Of a stretch of 64,000 nt of DNA, positions 10,860 to 24,385 are shown one piece after another (position 1 is the stretch's first letter; the number at the start of each line of letters is the position of its first letter). The notes beneath the pieces were generated by a model, which saw nothing but the letters and a program-made list of their open reading frames with translations, was not told the origin of the DNA and made no database searches. The translations under genes were made by a program, and so were the position numbers. The DNA is from Azolla caroliniana (taxonomy: Eukaryota > Plantae > Polypodiophyta): NCBI GenBank assembly GCA_043228905.1, contig JBHGNT010000025.1, positions 310,001-374,000 of the forward strand. The letters run 5' to 3'.

Positions 10860-13800
10860 ATTAAAAAATCAAGATTTTGAAACTCAGGTCGAGAGACATG
10901 ACGAAATTACCTAATTTGAGGAGTGAGTTGAGACGACCTAGTAGGTAAATTAAAATGTTCATACCTGGCTCGTGTGATATCGGATTTTTGTGTTCAAACA
11001 TGTGAATCAAGCTAAAAACGCTAGCTATGATATGGTATTAAAAAATCAAGATTTTGAAACTCAGGTCGAGAGATATGAAGAAATTAGCAATCTTGAGGAG
11101 GGAGTTGAGAGGAGCCATTGAGTAAATTAAAATGTTCATACATGGCTCGTGTGATATCGGATTTTTGTGTTCAAACATGTGAATCGAAGCTAACAACGCT
11201 AGCTATTCTATGGAACTAAAAAATCAAGATTTTGAAACTTAGGTCGAGAGATATGAAGGAATTAGCAATCTTGAGGAGGGAGTTGAGAGGAGCCCTTGAG
11301 TACATTAAAATGTTCATACCTGGCGCGTGTGATATCGGATTTTTCTGTTCAAACATGCGAATCGAAGCTAACAACGCTAGCTATTATATGGAACTAAAAA
11401 ATCAAGATTTTGAAACTCAGGTCGAGAGATACGAAGAAATTAGCAATCTTGAGGAGGGAGTTGAGAGGAGCCCTTGAGTATATTAAAATGTTTATACCTG
11501 GCTCGTGTGATATCGGATTTTCGTGTTCAAACATGCGAATCGAAGCTAACAACGCTAGCTATGACATGGTATTAAAAAATCAAGAGTTTGAAACTCAGGT
11601 GGAGAGACATGACGAAATTACCTAATTTGAGGAGTGAGTTGAGAGGAGCCCTTGAGTACATTAAAATGTTCATACCTGGCTCGTGTGATATCGGATTTTT
11701 GTGTTCAAACATGCGAATCGAAGCTAACAATGCTAGCTATTATATGGACCTAAAAAATCAAGATTTTGAAACTCAGGTCGAGAGATATGAAGAAATTAGC
11801 AATCTTGAGGAGGGAGTTGAGAGGAGCCCTTGAGTACATTAAAATGTTCATACCTGGCGCGTGTGATATCGGATTTTTGTGTTCAAACATGCGAATCGAA
11901 GCTAACAACGGTAGCTATGATATGGAACTAAAAAATCAAGATTTTGAAACTCAGGTCGAGAGACATGAAGAAATTAGCAATCTTGAGGAGGGAGTTGAGA
12001 GGAGCCCTTGAGTATATTAAAATGTTTATACCTGGCTTGTGTGATATCGGATTTTTGTGTTCAAACATGCGAATCGAAGCTAACAACGCTAGCTATGACA
12101 TGGTATTAAAAAATCAAGAGTTTGAAACTCAGGTGGAGAGACATGACGAAATTACCTAATTTGAGGAGTGAGTTGAGAGGAGCCCTTGAGTACATTAAAA
12201 TGTTCATACCTGGCTCGTGTGATATCGGATTTTTGTGTTCAAACATGCGAATCGAAGCTAACAATGCTAGCTATTCTATGGAACTAAAAAATCAAGATTT
12301 TGAAACTCAGGTCGAGAGATATGAAGAAATTAGCAATCTTGAGGAGGGAGTTGAGAGGAGCCCTTGAGTACATTAAAATGTTCATACCTGGCGCGTGTGA
12401 TATCGGATTTTTGTGTTCAAACATGCGAATCGAAGCTAACAATGCTAGCTATTATATGGAACTAAAAAATCAAGATTTTGAAACTCAGGTCGAGAGATAT
12501 GAAGAAATTAGCAATCTTGAGGAGGGAGTTGAGAGGAGCCCTTGAGTATATTAAAATGTTTATACCTGGCTCGTGTGATATCGGATTTTTGTGTTCAAAC
12601 ATGCGCATCGAAGCTAACAACGCTAGCTATGACATGGTATTAAAAAATCAAGAGTTTGAAACTCAGGTGGAGAGACATGACGAAATTACCTAATTTGAGG
12701 AGTGAGTTGAGAGGAGCCCTTGAGTACATTAAAATGTTCATACCTGGCTCGTGTGATATCGGATTTTTGTGTTCAAACATGCGAATCGAAGCTAACAATG
12801 CTAGCTATTATATGGACCTAAAAAATCAAGATTTTGAAACTCAGGTCGAGAGATATGAAGAAATTAGCAATCTTGAGGAGGGAGTTGAGAGGAGCCCTTG
12901 AGTACATTAAAATGTTCATACCTGGCGCGTGTGATATCGGATTTTTGTGTTCAAACATGCGAATCGAAGCTAACAACGGTAGCTATGATATGGAACTAAA
13001 AAATCAAGATTTTGAAACTCAGGTCGAGAGACATGACGAAATTACCTAATTTGAGGAGTGAGTTGAGACGACCTAGTAGGTAAATTAAAATGTTCATACC
13101 TGGCTCGTGTGATATCGGATTTTTGTGTTCAAACATGTGAATCAAGCTAAAAACGCTAGCTATGATATGGTATTAAAAAATCAAGATTTTGAAACTCAGG
13201 TCGAGAGATATGAAGAAATTAGCAATCTTGAGGAGGGAGTTGAGAGGAGCCATTGAGTAAATTAAAATGTTCATACATGGCTCGTGTGATATCGGATTTT
13301 TGTGTTCAAACATGTGAATCGAAGCTAACAACGCTAGCTATTCTATGGAACTAAAAAATCAAGATTTTGAAACTTAGGTCGAGAGATATGAAGGAATTAG
13401 CAATCTTGAGGAGGGAGTTGAGAGGAGCCCTTGAGTACATTAAAATGTTCATACCTGGCGCGTGTGATATCGGATTTTTCTGTTCAAACATGCGAATCGA
13501 AGCTAACAACGCTAGCTATTATATGGAACTAAAAAATCAAGATTTTGAAACTCAGGTCGAGAGATACGAAGAAATTAGCAATCTTGAGGAGGGAGTTGAG
13601 AGGAGCCCTTGAGTATATTAAAATGTTTATACCTGGCTCGTGTGATATCGGATTTTCGTGTTCAAACATGCGAATCGAAGCTAACAACGCTAGCTATGAC
13701 ATGGTATTAAAAAATCAAGAGTTTGAAACTCAGGTGGAGAGACATGACGAAATTACCTAATTTGAGGAGTGAGTTGAGAGGAGCCCTTGAGTACATTAAA

Positions 13801-14090
13801 ATGTTCATACCTGGCTCGTGTGATATCGGATTTTTGTGTTCAAACATGCGAATCGAAGCTAACAATGCTAGCTATTATATGGACCTAAAAAATCAAGATT
13901 TTGAAACTCAGGTCGAGAGATATGAAGAAATTAGCAATCTTGAGGAGGGAGTTGAGAGGAGCCCTTGAGTACATTAAAATGTTCATACCTGGCGCGTGTG
14001 ATATCGGATTTTTGTGTTCAAACATGCGAATCGAAGCTAACAACGGTAGCTATGATATGGAACTAAAAAATCAAGATTTTGAAACTCAGG
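10860..14090. repeat. 2135-bp (12-mer) period; the marker block recurs a third time near 16540-17480
   Basis: Private markers GCCATTGAG, TACATGGCTC, GAAGGAATTAG, TTTTCTGTTC and TTTTCGTGTTC recur with register positions 11232, 13367 (+2135) and 16887 (+3520). Confidence 0.85.
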
Positions 14091-16069
14091 TCGAGAGATA
14101 CGAAGAAATTAGCAATCTTGAGGAGGGAGTTGAGAGGAGCCCTTGAGTATATTAAAATGTTTATACCTGGCTCGTGTGATATCGGATTTTTGTGTTCAAA
14201 CATGCGAATCGAAGCTCACAACGCTAGCTATGATATGGTATTAAAAAATCAAGAGTTTGAAACTCAGGTGGAGAGACATGACGAAATTACCTAATTTGAG
14301 GAGTGAGTTGAGAGGAGCCCTTGAGTACATTAAAATGTTCATACCTGGCTCGTGTGATATCGGATTTTTGTGTTCAAACATGCGAATCGAAGCTAACAAT
14401 GCTAGCTATTATATGGACCTAAAAAATCAAGATTTTGAAACTCAGGTCGAGAGATATGAAGAAATTAGCAATCTTGAGGAGGGAGTTGAGAGGAGCCCTT
14501 GAGTACATTAAAATGTTCATACCTGGCGCGTGTGATATCGGATTTTTGTGTTCAAACATGCGAATCGAAGCTAACAACGGTAGCTATGATATGGAACTAA
14601 AAAATCAAGATTTTGAAACTCAGGTCGAGAGACATGAAGAAATTAGCAATCTTGAGGAGGGAGTTGAGAGGAGCCCTTGAGTATATTAAAATGTTTATAC
14701 CTGGCTCGTGTGATATCGGATTTTTGTGTTCAAACATGCGAATCGAAGCTAACAACGCTAGCTATGACATGGTATTAAAAAATCAAGAGTTTGAAACTCA
14801 GGTGGAGAGACATGACGAAATTACCTAATTTGAGGAGTGAGTTGAGAGGAGCCCTTGAGTACATTAAAATGTTCATACCTGGCTCGTGTGATATCGGATT
14901 TTTGTGTTCAAACATGCGAATCGAAGCTAACAATGCTAGCTATTCTATGGAACTAAAAAATCAAGATTTTGAAACTCAGGTCGAGAGATATGAAGAAATT
15001 AGCAATCTTGAGGAGGGAGTTGAGAGGAGCCCTTGAGTACATTAAAATGTTCATACCTGGCGCGTGTGATATCGGATTTTTGTGTTCAAACATGCGAATC
15101 GAAGCTAACAATGCTAGCTATTATATGGAACTAAAAAATCAAGATTTTGAAACTCAGGTCGAGAGATATGAAGAAATTAGCAATCTTGAGGAGGGAGTTG
15201 AGAGGAGCCCTTGAGTATATTAAAATGTTTATACCTGGCTCGTGTGATATCGGATTTTTGTGTTCAAACATGCGCATCGAAGCTAACAACGCTAGCTATG
15301 ACATGGTATTAAAAAATCAAGAGTTTGAAACTCAGGTGGAGAGACATGACGAAATTACCTAATTTGAGGAGTGAGTTGAGAGGAGCCCTTGAGTACATTA
15401 AAATGTTCATACCTGGCTCGTGTGATATCGGATTTTTGTGTTCAAACATGCGAATCGAAGCTAACAATGCTAGCTATTATATGGAACTAAAAAATCAAGA
15501 TTTTGAAACTCAGGTCGAGAGATATGAAGAAATTAGCAATCTTGAGGAGGGAGTTGAGAGGAGCCCTTGAGTACATTAAAATGTTCATACCTGGCGCGTG
15601 TGATATCGGATTTTTGTGTTCAAACATGCGAATCGAAGCTAACAATGCTAGCTATTATATGGACCTAAAAAATCAAGATTTTGAAACTCAGGTCGAGAGA
15701 TATGAAGAAATTAGCAATCTTGAGGAGGGAGTTGAGAGGAGCCCTTGAGTACATTAAAATGTTCATACCTGGCGCGTGTGATATCGGATTTTTGTGTTCA
15801 AACATGCGAATCGAAGCTAACAACGGTAGCTATGATATGGAACTAAAAAATCAAGATTTTGAAACTCAGGTCGAGAGACATGAAGAAATTAGCAATCTTG
15901 AGGAGGGAGTTGAGAGGAGCCCTTGAGTACATTATTATGTTCATACCTGGCTCGTGTGATATCGGATTTTTGTGTTCAAACATGCGAATCGAAGCTAACA
16001 ACGCTAGCTATGACATGGTATTAAAAAATCAAGATTTTGAAACTCAGGTCGAGAGACATGACGAAATTA

Positions 16070-16210
16070 CCTAATTTGAGGAGTGAGTTGAGACGACCTA
16101 GTAGGTAAATTAAAATGTTCATACCTGGCTCGTGTGATATCGGATTTTTGTGTTCAAACATGCGAATCAAGCTAACAACGCTAGCTATTATATGGAACTA
16201 AAAAATTAGC
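16070..16210. repeat. 139-bp truncated monomer (38-bp plus 1-bp deletion); 5 copies
   Basis: Junction GGAACTAAAAAAT|TAGCAATC at ~16206, 18836, 21111, 23386 and 28508. It is always linked to the 1-bp deletion GAATCAAGC. Confidence 0.95.
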
Positions 16211-17559
16211 AATCTTGAGGAGGGAGTTGAGAGGAGCCCTTGAGTAAATTAAAATGTTCATACCTGGCTCGTGTGATATCGGATTTTTGTGTTCAAACAT
16301 GCGAATCGAAGCTAACAATGCTAGCTATTATATGGAACTAAAAAATCAAGATTTTGAAACTCAGGTCGAGAGATATGAAGAAATTAGCAATCTTGAGGAG
16401 GGAGTTGAGAGGAGCACTTGAGTATATTAAAATGTTTATACCTGGCTCGTGTGATATCGCATTTTTGTGTTCAAACATGCGAATCGAAGCTAACAACGCT
16501 AGCTATGACATGGTATTAAAAAATCAAGATTTTGAAACTCAGGTCGAGAGACATGACGAAATTACCTAATTTGAGGAGTGAGTTGAGACGACCTAGTAGG
16601 TAAATTAAAATGTTCATACCTGGCTCGTGTGATATCGGATTTTTGTGTTCAAACATGTGAATCAAGCTAAAAACGCTAGCTATGATATGGTATTAAAAAA
16701 TCAAGATTTTGAAACTCAGGTCGAGAGATATGAAGAAATTAGCAATCTTGAGGAGGGAGTTGAGAGGAGCCATTGAGTAAATTAAAATGTTCATACATGG
16801 CTCGTGTGATATCGGATTTTTGTGTTCAAACATGTGAATCGAAGCTAACAACGCTAGCTATTCTATGGAACTAAAAAATCAAGATTTTGAAACTTAGGTC
16901 GAGAGATATGAAGGAATTAGCAATCTTGAGGAGGGAGTTGAGAGGAGCCCTTGAGTACATTAAAATGTTCATACCTGGCGCGTGTGATATCGGATTTTTC
17001 TGTTCAAACATGCGAATCGAAGCTAACAACGCTAGCTATTATATGGAACTAAAAAATCAAGATTTTGAAACTCAGGTCGAGAGATACGAAGAAATTAGCA
17101 ATCTTGAGGAGAGAGTTGAGAGGAGCCCTTGAGTATATTAAAATGTTTATACCTGGCTCGTGTGATATCGGATTTTCGTGTTCAAACATGCGAATCGAAG
17201 CTAACAACGCTAGCTATGACATGGTATTAAAAAATCAAGAGTTTGAAACTCAGGTGGAGAGACATGACGAAATTACCTAATTTGAGGAGTGAGTTGAGAG
17301 GAGCCCTTGAGTACATTAAAATGTTCATACCTGGCTCGTGTGATATCGGATTTTTGTGTTCAAACATGCGAATCGAAGCTAACAATGCTAGCTATTATAT
17401 GGACCTAAAAAATCAAGATTTTGAAACTCAGGTCGAGAGATATGAAGAAATTAGCAATCTTGAGGAGGGAGTTGAGAGGAGCCCTTGAGTACATTATTAT
17501 GTTCATACCTGGCGCGTGTGATATCGGATTTTTGTGTTCAAACATGCGAATCGAAGCTA

Positions 17560-20500
17560 ACAACACTAGCTATTCTATGGAACTAAAAAATCAAGATTTT
17601 GAAACTCAGGTCGAGAGATATGAAGAAATTAGCAATCTTGAGGAGGGAGTTGAGAGGAGCCCTTGAGTAAATTAAAATGTTCATACCTGGCTCGTGTGAT
17701 ATCGGATTTTTGTGTTCAAACATGCGAATCGAAGCTCACAACGCTAGCTATGATATGGTATTAAAAAATCATGATTTTGAAATTGAGGTCGAGAGACATG
17801 AAGAAATTAGCAATCTTGAGGAGGGAGTTGAGAGGAGCCCTTGAGTAAATTAAAATGTTCATACCTGGCTCGTGTGATATCGGATTTTTGTGTTCAAACA
17901 TGTGAATCGCAGCTAACAACGCTAGCTATGACATGGTATTAAGAAATCAAGATTTTGAAACTCAGGTCGAGAGACATGACGAAATTACCTAATTTGAGGA
18001 GGGAGTTGAGACGACCTAGTAGGTAAATTAAAATGTTCATACCTGGCTCGTGTGATATCGGATTTTTGTGTTCAAACATGCGAATCGAAGCTCACAATGC
18101 TAGCTATGATATGGTATTAAAAAATCATGATTTTTAAATTGAGGTCGAGAGACATGAAGAAATTAGCAATCTTGAGGAGGGAGTTGAGAGGAGCCCTTGA
18201 GTAAATTAAAATGTTCATACCTGGCTCGTGTGATATCGGATTTTTGTGTTCAAACATGTGAATCGCAGCTAACAACGCTAGCTATGACATGGTATTAAGA
18301 AATCAAGATTTTGAATCTCAGGTCGAGAGACATGACGAAATTACCTAATTTGAGGAGGGAGTTGAGACGACCTAGTAGGTAAATTAAAATGTTCATACCT
18401 GGCTCGTGTGATATCGGATTTTTGTGTTCAAACATGCGAATCAAAGCTAACAACGCTAGCTATGATATGGAACTAAAAAATCAAGATTTTGAAACTCAGG
18501 TCGAGAGATATGAAGAAATTAGCAATCTTGAGGAGGGAGTTGAGAGGAGCCCTTGAGTACATTATTATGTTCATACCTGGCTCGTGTGATATCGGATTTT
18601 TGTGTTCAAACATGCGAATCGAAGCTAGCAACGCTAGCTATGACATGGTATTAAAAAATCAAGATTTTGAAACTCAGGTCGAGAGACATGACGAAATTAC
18701 CTAATTTGAGGAGTGAGTTGAGACGACCTAGTAGGTAAATTAAAATGTTCATACCTGGCTCGTGTGATATCGGATTTTTGTGTTCAAACATGCGAATCAA
18801 GCTAACAACGCTAGCTATTATATGGAACTAAAAAATTAGCAATCTTGAGGAGGGAGTTGAGAGGAGCCCTTGAGTAAATTAAAATGTTCATACCTGGCTC
18901 GTGTGATATCGGATTTTTGTGTTCAAACATGCGAATCGAAGCTAACAATGCTAGCTATTATATGGAACTAAAAAATCAAGATTTTGAAACTCAGGTCGAG
19001 AGATATGAAGAAATTAGCAATCTTGAGGAGGGAGTTGAGAGGAGCACTTGAGTATATTAAAATGTTTATACCTGGCTCGTGTGATATCGGACTTTTGTGT
19101 TCAAACATGCGAATCGAAGCTAACAACGCTAGCTATGACATGATATTAAAAAATCAAGATTTTGAAACTCAGGTAGAGAGACATGACGAAATTACCTAAT
19201 TTGAGGAGTGAGTTGAGAGGAGCCCTTGAGTACATTACAATGTTCATACCTGGCGCGTGTGATATCGGATTTTTGTGTTCAAACATGCGAATCGAAGCTA
19301 ACAATGCTAGCTATTATATGGAACTAAAAAATCAAGATTTTGAAACTCAGGTCGAGAGATATGAAGAAATTAGCAATCTTGAGGAGGGAGTTGAGAGGAG
19401 CCCTTGAGTACATTAAAATGTTCATACCTGGCGCGTGTGATATCGGATTTTTGTGTTCAAACATGCGAATCGAAGCTAACAACGGTAGCTATGATATGGA
19501 ACTAAAAAATCAAGATTTTGAAACTCAGGTCGAGAGACATGAAGAAATTAGCAATCTTGAGGAGGGAGTTGAGAGGAGCCCTTGAGTATATTAAAATGTT
19601 TATACCTGGCTCGTGTGATATCGGATTTTTGTGTTCAAACATGCGAATCGAAGCTAACAACGCTAGCTATGACATGGTATTAAAAAATCAAGAGTTTGAA
19701 ACTCAGGTGGAGAGACATGACGAAATTACCTAATTTGAGGAGTGAGTTGAGAGGAGCCCTTGAGTACATTAAAATGTTCATACCTGGCTCGTGTGATATC
19801 GGATTTTTGTGTTCAAACATGCGAATCGAAGCTAACAACACTAGCTATTCTATGGAACTAAAAAATCAAGATTTTGAAACTCAGGTCGAGAGATATGAAG
19901 AAATTAGCAATCTTGAGGAGGGAGTTGAGAGGAGCCCTTGAGTAAATTAAAATGTTCATACCTGGCTCGTGTGATATCGGATTTTTGTGTTCAAACATGC
20001 GAATCGAAGCTCACAACGCTAGCTATGATATGGTATTAAAAAATCATGATTTTGAAATTGAGGTCGAGAGACATGAAGAAATTAGCAATCTTGAGGAGGG
20101 AGTTGAGAGGAGCCCTTGAGTAAATTAAAATGTTCATACCTGGCTCGTGTGATATCGGATTTTTGTGTTCAAACATGTGAATCGCAGCTAACAACGCTAG
20201 CTATGACATGGTATTAAGAAATCAAGATTTTGAAACTCAGGTCGAGAGACATGACGAAATTACCTAATTTGAGGAGGGAGTTGAGACGACCTAGTAGGTA
20301 AATTAAAATGTTCATACCTGGCTCGTGTGATATCGGATTTTTGTGTTCAAACATGCGAATCGAAGCTCACAATGCTAGCTATGATATGGTATTAAAAAAT
20401 CATGATTTTGAAATTGAGGTCGAGAGACATGAAGAAATTAGCAATCTTGAGGAGGGAGTTGAGAGGAGCCCTTGAGTAAATTAAAATGTTCATACCTGGC

Positions 20501-23500
20501 TCGTGTGATATCGGATTTTTGTGTTCAAACATGTGAATCGCAGCTAACAACGCTAGCTATGACATGGTATTAAGAAATCAAGATTTTGAAACTCAGGTCG
20601 AGAGACATGACGAAATTACCTAATTTGAGGAGGGAGTTGAGACGACCTAGTAGGTAAATTAAAATGTTCATACCTGGCTCGTGTGATATCGGATTTTTGT
20701 GTTCAAACATGCGAATCAAAGCTAACAACGCTAGCTATGATATGGAACTAAAAAATCAAGATTTTGAAACTCAGGTCGAGAGATATGAAGAAATTAGCAA
20801 TCTTGAGGAGGGAGTTGAGAGGAGCCCTTGAGTACATTATTATGTTCATACCTGGCTCGTGTGATATCGGATTTTTGTGTTCAAACATGCGAATCGAAGC
20901 TAACAACGCTAGCTATGACATGGTATTAAAAAATCAAGATTTTGAAACTCAGGTCGAGAGACATGACGAAATTACCTAATTTGAGGAGTGAGTTGAGACG
21001 ACCTAGTAGGTAAATTAAAATGTTCATACCTGGCTCGTGTGATATCGGATTTTTGTGTTCAAACATGCGAATCAAGCTAACAACGCTAGCTATTATATGG
21101 AACTAAAAAATTAGCAATCTTGAGGAGGGAGTTGAGAGGAGCCCTTGAGTAAATTAAAATGTTCATACCTGGCTCGTGTGATATCGGATTTTTGTGTTCA
21201 AACATGCGAATCGAAGCTAACAATGCTAGCTATTATATGGAACTAAAAAATCAAGATTTTGAAACTCAGGTCGAGAGATATGAAGAAATTAGCAATCTTG
21301 AGGAGGGAGTTGAGAGGAGCACTTGAGTATATTAAAATGTTTATACCTGGCTCGTGTGATATCGGATTTTTGTGTTCAAACATGCGAATCGAAGCTAACA
21401 ACGCTAGCTATGACATGTTATTAAAAAATCAAGATTTTGAAACTCAGGTAGAGAGACATGACGAAATTACCTAATTTGAGGAGTGAGTTGAGAGGAGCCC
21501 TTGAGTACATTACAATGTTCATACCTGGCGCGTGTGATATCGGATTTTTGTGTTCAAACATGCGAATCGAAGCTAACAATGCTAGCTATTATATGGAACT
21601 AAAAAATCAAGATTTTGAAACTCAGGTCGAGAGATATGAAGAAATTAGCAATCTTGAGGAGGGAGTTGAGAGGAGCCCTTGAGTACATTAAAATGTTCAT
21701 ACCTGGCGCGTGTGATATCGGATTTTTGTGTTCAAACATGCGAATCGAAGCTAACAACGGTAGCTATGATATGGAACTAAAAAATCAAGATTTTGAAACT
21801 CAGGTCGAGAGACATGAAGAAATTAGCAATCTTGAGGAGGGAGTTGAGAGGAGCCCTTGAGTATATTAAAATGTTTATACCTGGCTCGTGTGATATCGGA
21901 TTTTTGTGTTCAAACATGCGAATCGAAGCTAACAACGCTAGCTATGACATGGTATTAAAAAATCAAGAGTTTGAAACTCAGGTGGAGAGACATGACGAAA
22001 TTACCTAATTTGAGGAGTGAGTTGAGAGGAGCCCTTGAGTACATTAAAATGTTCATACCTGGCTCGTGTGATATCGGATTTTTGTGTTCAAACATGCGAA
22101 TCGAAGCTAACAACACTAGCTATTCTATGGAACTAAAAAATCAAGATTTTGAAACTCAGGTCGAGAGATATGAAGAAATTAGCAATCTTGAGGAGGGAGT
22201 TGAGAGGAGCCCTTGAGTAAATTAAAATGTTCATACCTGGCTCGTGTGATATCGGATTTTTGTGTTCAAACATGCGAATCGAAGCTCACAACGCTAGCTA
22301 TGATATGGTATTAAAAAATCATGATTTTGAAATTGAGGTCGAGAGACATGAAGAAATTAGCAATCTTGAGGAGGGAGTTGAGAGGAGCCCTTGAGTAAAT
22401 TAAAATGTTCATACCTGGCTCGTGTGATATCGGATTTTTGTGTTCAAACATGTGAATCGCAGCTAACAACGCTAGCTATGACATGGTATTAAGAAATCAA
22501 GATTTTGAAACTCAGGTCGAGAGACATGACGAAATTACCTAATTTGAGGAGGGAGTTGAGACGACCTAGTAGGTAAATTAAAATGTTCATACCTGGCTCG
22601 TGTGATATCGGATTTTTGTGTTCAAACATGCGAATCGAAGCTCACAATGCTAGCTATGATATGGTATTAAAAAATCATGATTTTGAAATTGAGGTCGAGA
22701 GACATGAAGAAATTAGCAATCTTGAGGAGGGAGTTGAGAGGAGCCCTTGAGTAAATTAAAATGTTCATACCTGGCTCGTGTGATATCGGATTTTTGTGTT
22801 CAAACATGTGAATCGCAGCTAACAACGCTAGCTATGACATGGTATTAAGAAATCAAGATTTTGAAACTCAGGTCGAGAGACATGACGAAATTACCTAATT
22901 TGAGGAGGGAGTTGAGACGACCTAGTAGGTAAATTAAAATGTTCATACCTGGCTCGTGTGATATCGGATTTTTGTGTTCAAACATGCGAATCAAAGCTAA
23001 CAACGCTAGCTATGATATGGAACTAAAAAATCAAGATTTTGAAACTCAGGTCGAGAGATATGAAGAAATTAGCAATCTTGAGGAGGGAGTTGAGAGGAGC
23101 CCTTGAGTACATTATTATGTTCATACCTGGCTCGTGTGATATCGGATTTTTGTGTTCAAACATGCGAATCGAAGCTAACAACGCTAGCTATGACATGGTA
23201 TTAAAAAATCAAGATTTTGAAACTCAGGTCGAGAGACATGACGAAATTACCTAATTTGAGGAGTGAGTTGAGACGACCTAGTAGGTAAATTAAAATGTTC
23301 ATACCTGGCTCGTGTGATATCGGATTTTTGTGTTCAAACATGCGAATCAAGCTAACAACGCTAGCTATTATATGGAACTAAAAAATTAGCAATCTTGAGG
23401 AGGGAGTTGAGAGGAGCCCTTGAGTAAATTAAAATGTTCATACCTGGCTCGTGTGATATCGGATTTTTGTGTTCAAACATGCGAATCGAAGCTAACAATG

Positions 23501-24385
23501 CTAGCTATTATATGGAACTAAAAAATCAAGATTTTGAAACTCAGGTCGAGAGATATGAAGAAATTAGCAATCTTGAGGAGGGAGTTGAGAGGAGCACTTG
23601 AGTATATTAAAATGTTTATACCTGGCTCGTGTGATATCGGATTTTTGTGTTCAAACATGCGAATCGAAGCTAACAACGCTAGCTATGACATGTTATTAAA
23701 AAATCAAGATTTTGAAACTCAGGTAGAGAGACATGACGAAATTACCTAATTTGAGGAGTGAGTTGAGAGGAGCCCTTGAGTACATTACAATGTTCATACC
23801 TGGCGCGTGTGATATCGGATTTTTGTGTTCAAACATGCGAATCGAAGCTAACAATGCTAGCTATTATATGGAACTAAAAAATCAAGATTTTGAAACTCAG
23901 GTCGAGAGATATGAAGAAATTAGCAATCTTGAGGAGGGAGTTGAGAGGAGCCCTTGAGTACATTAAAATGTTCATACCTGGCGCGTGTGATATCGGATTT
24001 TTGTGTTCAAACATGCGAATCGAAGCTAACAACGGTAGCTATGATATGGAACTAAAAAATCAAGATTTTGAAACTCAGGTCGAGAGACATGAAGAAATTA
24101 GCAATCTTGAGGAGGGAGTTGAGAGGAGCCCTTGAGTATATTAAAATGTTTATACCTGGCTCGTGTGATATCGGATTTTTGTGTTCAAACATGCGAATCG
24201 AAGCTAACAACGCTAGCTATGACATGGTATTAAAAAATCAAGAGTTTGAAACTCAGGTGGAGAGACATGACGAAATTACCTAATTTGAGGAGTGAGTTGA
24301 GAGGAGCCCTTGAGTACATTAAAATGTTCATACCTGGCTCGTGTGATATCGGATTTTTGTGTTCAAACATGCGAATCGAAGCTAA
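17560..24385. repeat. HOR domain: 2275-bp 13-mer, three tandem copies
   Basis: Register positions 18489/20764/23039 and 18984/21259/23534. Junctions of the 139-bp monomer fall at 18836, 21111 and 23386. 2275 = 12x178+139. Confidence 0.93.
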
